Source of the DNA: a virus
Virus record (IMG/VR): IMGVR_UViG_3300045988_012461
Location: 1 to 5,751 of that record
Strand: one strand, 5' to 3'
Length of the DNA stretch: 5,751 nt
Of the stretch, positions 4,215 to 5,751 are shown in pieces (the first letter of the stretch is position 1; every line of letters starts with the position of its first letter). The position numbers were made by a program, and so were the translations under genes. Under the pieces are notes generated by a model. It ran no database searches. It was not told where the DNA came from and saw nothing but the letters and a program-made list of their open reading frames with translations.

Positions 4215-5751
4215 ATGGAACGACCGCGAAGCAAATTTGACCGAAGTCACCAACTCTTAACGACCATCAACGAAGGAGATTTGGTACCCATCTACTGTGA
4301 TGAAGTACTGCCGGGCGATACCGCACGTGTACGCCTGAACGGACTTATTCGCATGAGCACACCCATCTATCCTATCATGGATAACTGCTACATGGATACC
4401 TATTTCTTCTTTGTTCCGTGCCGTCTGCTCTGGGAACACTGGGAAAATATGTTCGGCGAGAACGACACCAACTATTGGGCAGAAAAAACCGAATACAGCA
4501 CACCGACTTGCGCAATCGGCGGAACAAGCGGTCTAAACAATGGCAGCATCGGAGACTATTTTGGACTACCGACCGAAATCAAAAACGAAATCAAAGTCAA
4601 CGCACTGCCAGCACGCGCATATGCCATGATTTACAACGAATGGTTTCGAGATGAAAATCTAGAAGCACCACTGATGCTAGGATACAAAAAAAGTGACAAC
4701 GCATCGAACAACAAAGACCCGGAAGCACTGAAAGATAGCGTAAACGATCCCAAAAACACAGCATCAACAGAAGAAAGCTACTTCTATGCACGAAAACCCG
4801 CAAAAGCGGGTAAATTCCACGACTACTTCACGTCCTGTCTGCCTTCGCCGTTGAAATCTAACCCTGTGGAAATCAGCCTGACGGGTAATGCAGCAGTGAA
4901 ACTGTATAAAGACATCGAACTAACCGACAAACAGGCTCCAGCAGACACAATCAAACTGTACAATAACGGAGAAATTTACAATACGAATGAAACCACCGGA
5001 AAAAGACCGGCAATAGTGTCGAGCACCACAATCAATGAAACTAAAACGGCATATCTCGGAACAGACCTGAGCGATATAAACGCAATCAGCATTGCAGATT
5101 TGCGCATGGCAATTGCACTGCAGCACATTTTCGAGGCTGATGCAAGAAATGGAACAAGGTACAGGGAGTTCCTAAGCGGGACTTGGGGCGTAACGTCACC
5201 GGACAGCCGTCTACAGATTCCTGAGTACATCGGCGGTCAGCGCATCGCCATCAATGTCAATCAGGTAGTTCAGACGAGCCAAACGGACACGACAACCGGG
5301 CAGGCACTGGGCAATACGGCAGCATACAGTCTGACCACATGCAGCAAGCAGATGGTAGACTATGCAGCAACCGAGTACGGCTTTATTATCGGTCTGGCAG
5401 TAATACGAGTAGAGCACAGTTACCAACAGGGACTTGCGACCAAGTGGACACGTGGCGGACGGTTCACCTACTACGACCCGCGGCTAGCAGCACTGGGAGA
5501 ACAGCCAGTATACAACCGTGAAATCTATGCACAGGGTACAGCTGAAGATAACGAAATTTTTGGTTATCAGGAGGCTTGGGCGGATTACCGCTACAAGCCT
5601 TCTTACGTAACCGGAGAAATGCGGTCTAACTTCAAGACGTCACTGGATGCATGGCACTATGCAGACGACTATGATAAACTGCCGCGTCTCTCGGCAGAGT
5701 GGATCCAAGAAGGAACACAGAACATTGACAGAACGATTGCAGTGACAAGCA
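4215..5751 (+). CDS. VP1: Major capsid protein VP1, N-terminal 494 codons (to 5696) plus 55-nt overlap; full gene is join(4215..5696,1..150), 543 aa
   Basis: Not in the ORF track (no in-window stop). N-terminus MERPRSKFDRSHQLLTTINEGDLVPIYCDEVLPGDT. Further hallmarks: YFFFVPCRLLWEHWENMFGEN, HDYFTSCLPSP, IADLRMAIALQHIFEADARNGTRYREFLSGTWGV, SRLQIPEYIGG and FGYQEAWADYRYKPSYVTGEM. All are microvirus VP1/F hallmarks. Open frame to the window end. Confidence 0.93.
   Translation, partial: MERPRSKFDRSHQLLTTINEGDLVPIYCDEVLPGDTARVRLNGLIRMSTPIYPIMDNCYMDTYFFFVPCRLLWEHWENMFGENDTNYWAEKTEYSTPTCAIGGTSGLNNGSIGDYFGLPTEIKNEIKVNALPARAYAMIYNEWFRDENLEAPLMLGYKKSDNASNNKDPEALKDSVNDPKNTASTEESYFYARKPAKAGKFHDYFTSCLPSPLKSNPVEISLTGNAAVKLYKDIELTDKQAPADTIKLYNNGEIYNTNETTGKRPAIVSSTTINETKTAYLGTDLSDINAISIADLRMAIALQHIFEADARNGTRYREFLSGTWGVTSPDSRLQIPEYIGGQRIAINVNQVVQTSQTDTTTGQALGNTAAYSLTTCSKQMVDYAATEYGFIIGLAVIRVEHSYQQGLATKWTRGGRFTYYDPRLAALGEQPVYNREIYAQGTAEDNEIFGYQEAWADYRYKPSYVTGEMRSNFKTSLDAWHYADDYDKLPRLSAEWIQEGTQNIDRTIAVTS
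5697..5751. repeat. 55-nt exact terminal direct repeat (copy 2), the overlap of a circular contig
   Basis: Identical to 1-55. Confidence 0.95.

Noticed and set aside
3806-4253. Minus-strand ORFs of 142 and 64 aa antisense to the VP3-like gene
   Set aside because: They are antisense to a purine-rich (GAA/AAG) coding stretch, giving Phe/Leu-rich low-complexity translations. They have no RBS and are inconsistent with single-strand gene orientation in Microviridae.
4257-5521. Assorted 60-84-aa ORFs inside VP1 on both strands (4257-4439, 4418-4654, 4597-4803, 4920-5126, 4976-5230, 5211-5426, 5339-5521)
   Set aside because: All are nested in the well-supported VP1 frame, lack an SD and have no recognisable motifs. 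They are expected by chance given the skewed composition.

Overview
This window is a complete circular genome of a gokushovirus-like Microviridae ssDNA phage, shown as a linearised contig. Nt 1-55 repeat exactly at 5697-5751, so the unit genome is 5,696 nt. The window edge splits the major capsid gene VP1 (join 4215..5696 + 1..150, 543 aa). VP1 is missing from the supplied ORF track because it has no in-window stop. All genes are on the + strand, which is strikingly A-rich and T-poor. Core genes: VP1 (capsid), VP2 (pilot/minor capsid, 189-1049), VP4 (HUH rolling-circle Rep, 1388-2377), a 38-aa basic J/ORF8-like protein (3216-3332, absent from the ORF track), a VP5-like protein (3529-3783) and a VP3-like scaffolding candidate (3770-4189). 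Non-core content: (1) a near-consensus sigma70-type promoter (2519-2547) upstream of a 66-aa ORFan and an intact M15-family zinc cell-wall peptidase (2824-3213), an endolysin-type enzyme in a family whose characterised members lyse without one; (2) a ~300-nt non-coding region upstream of rep with nine same-strand TTCAACA iteron-like repeats, an (ACT)6 microsatellite and an 11-bp perfect hairpin; (3) a 51-nt in-frame tandem duplication of the 3' end of the J-like gene plus the next gene's Shine-Dalgarno (SD); (4) two intrinsic terminators, after VP1 and VP2. I saw no tRNA, rRNA, CRISPR, integrase or transposase.
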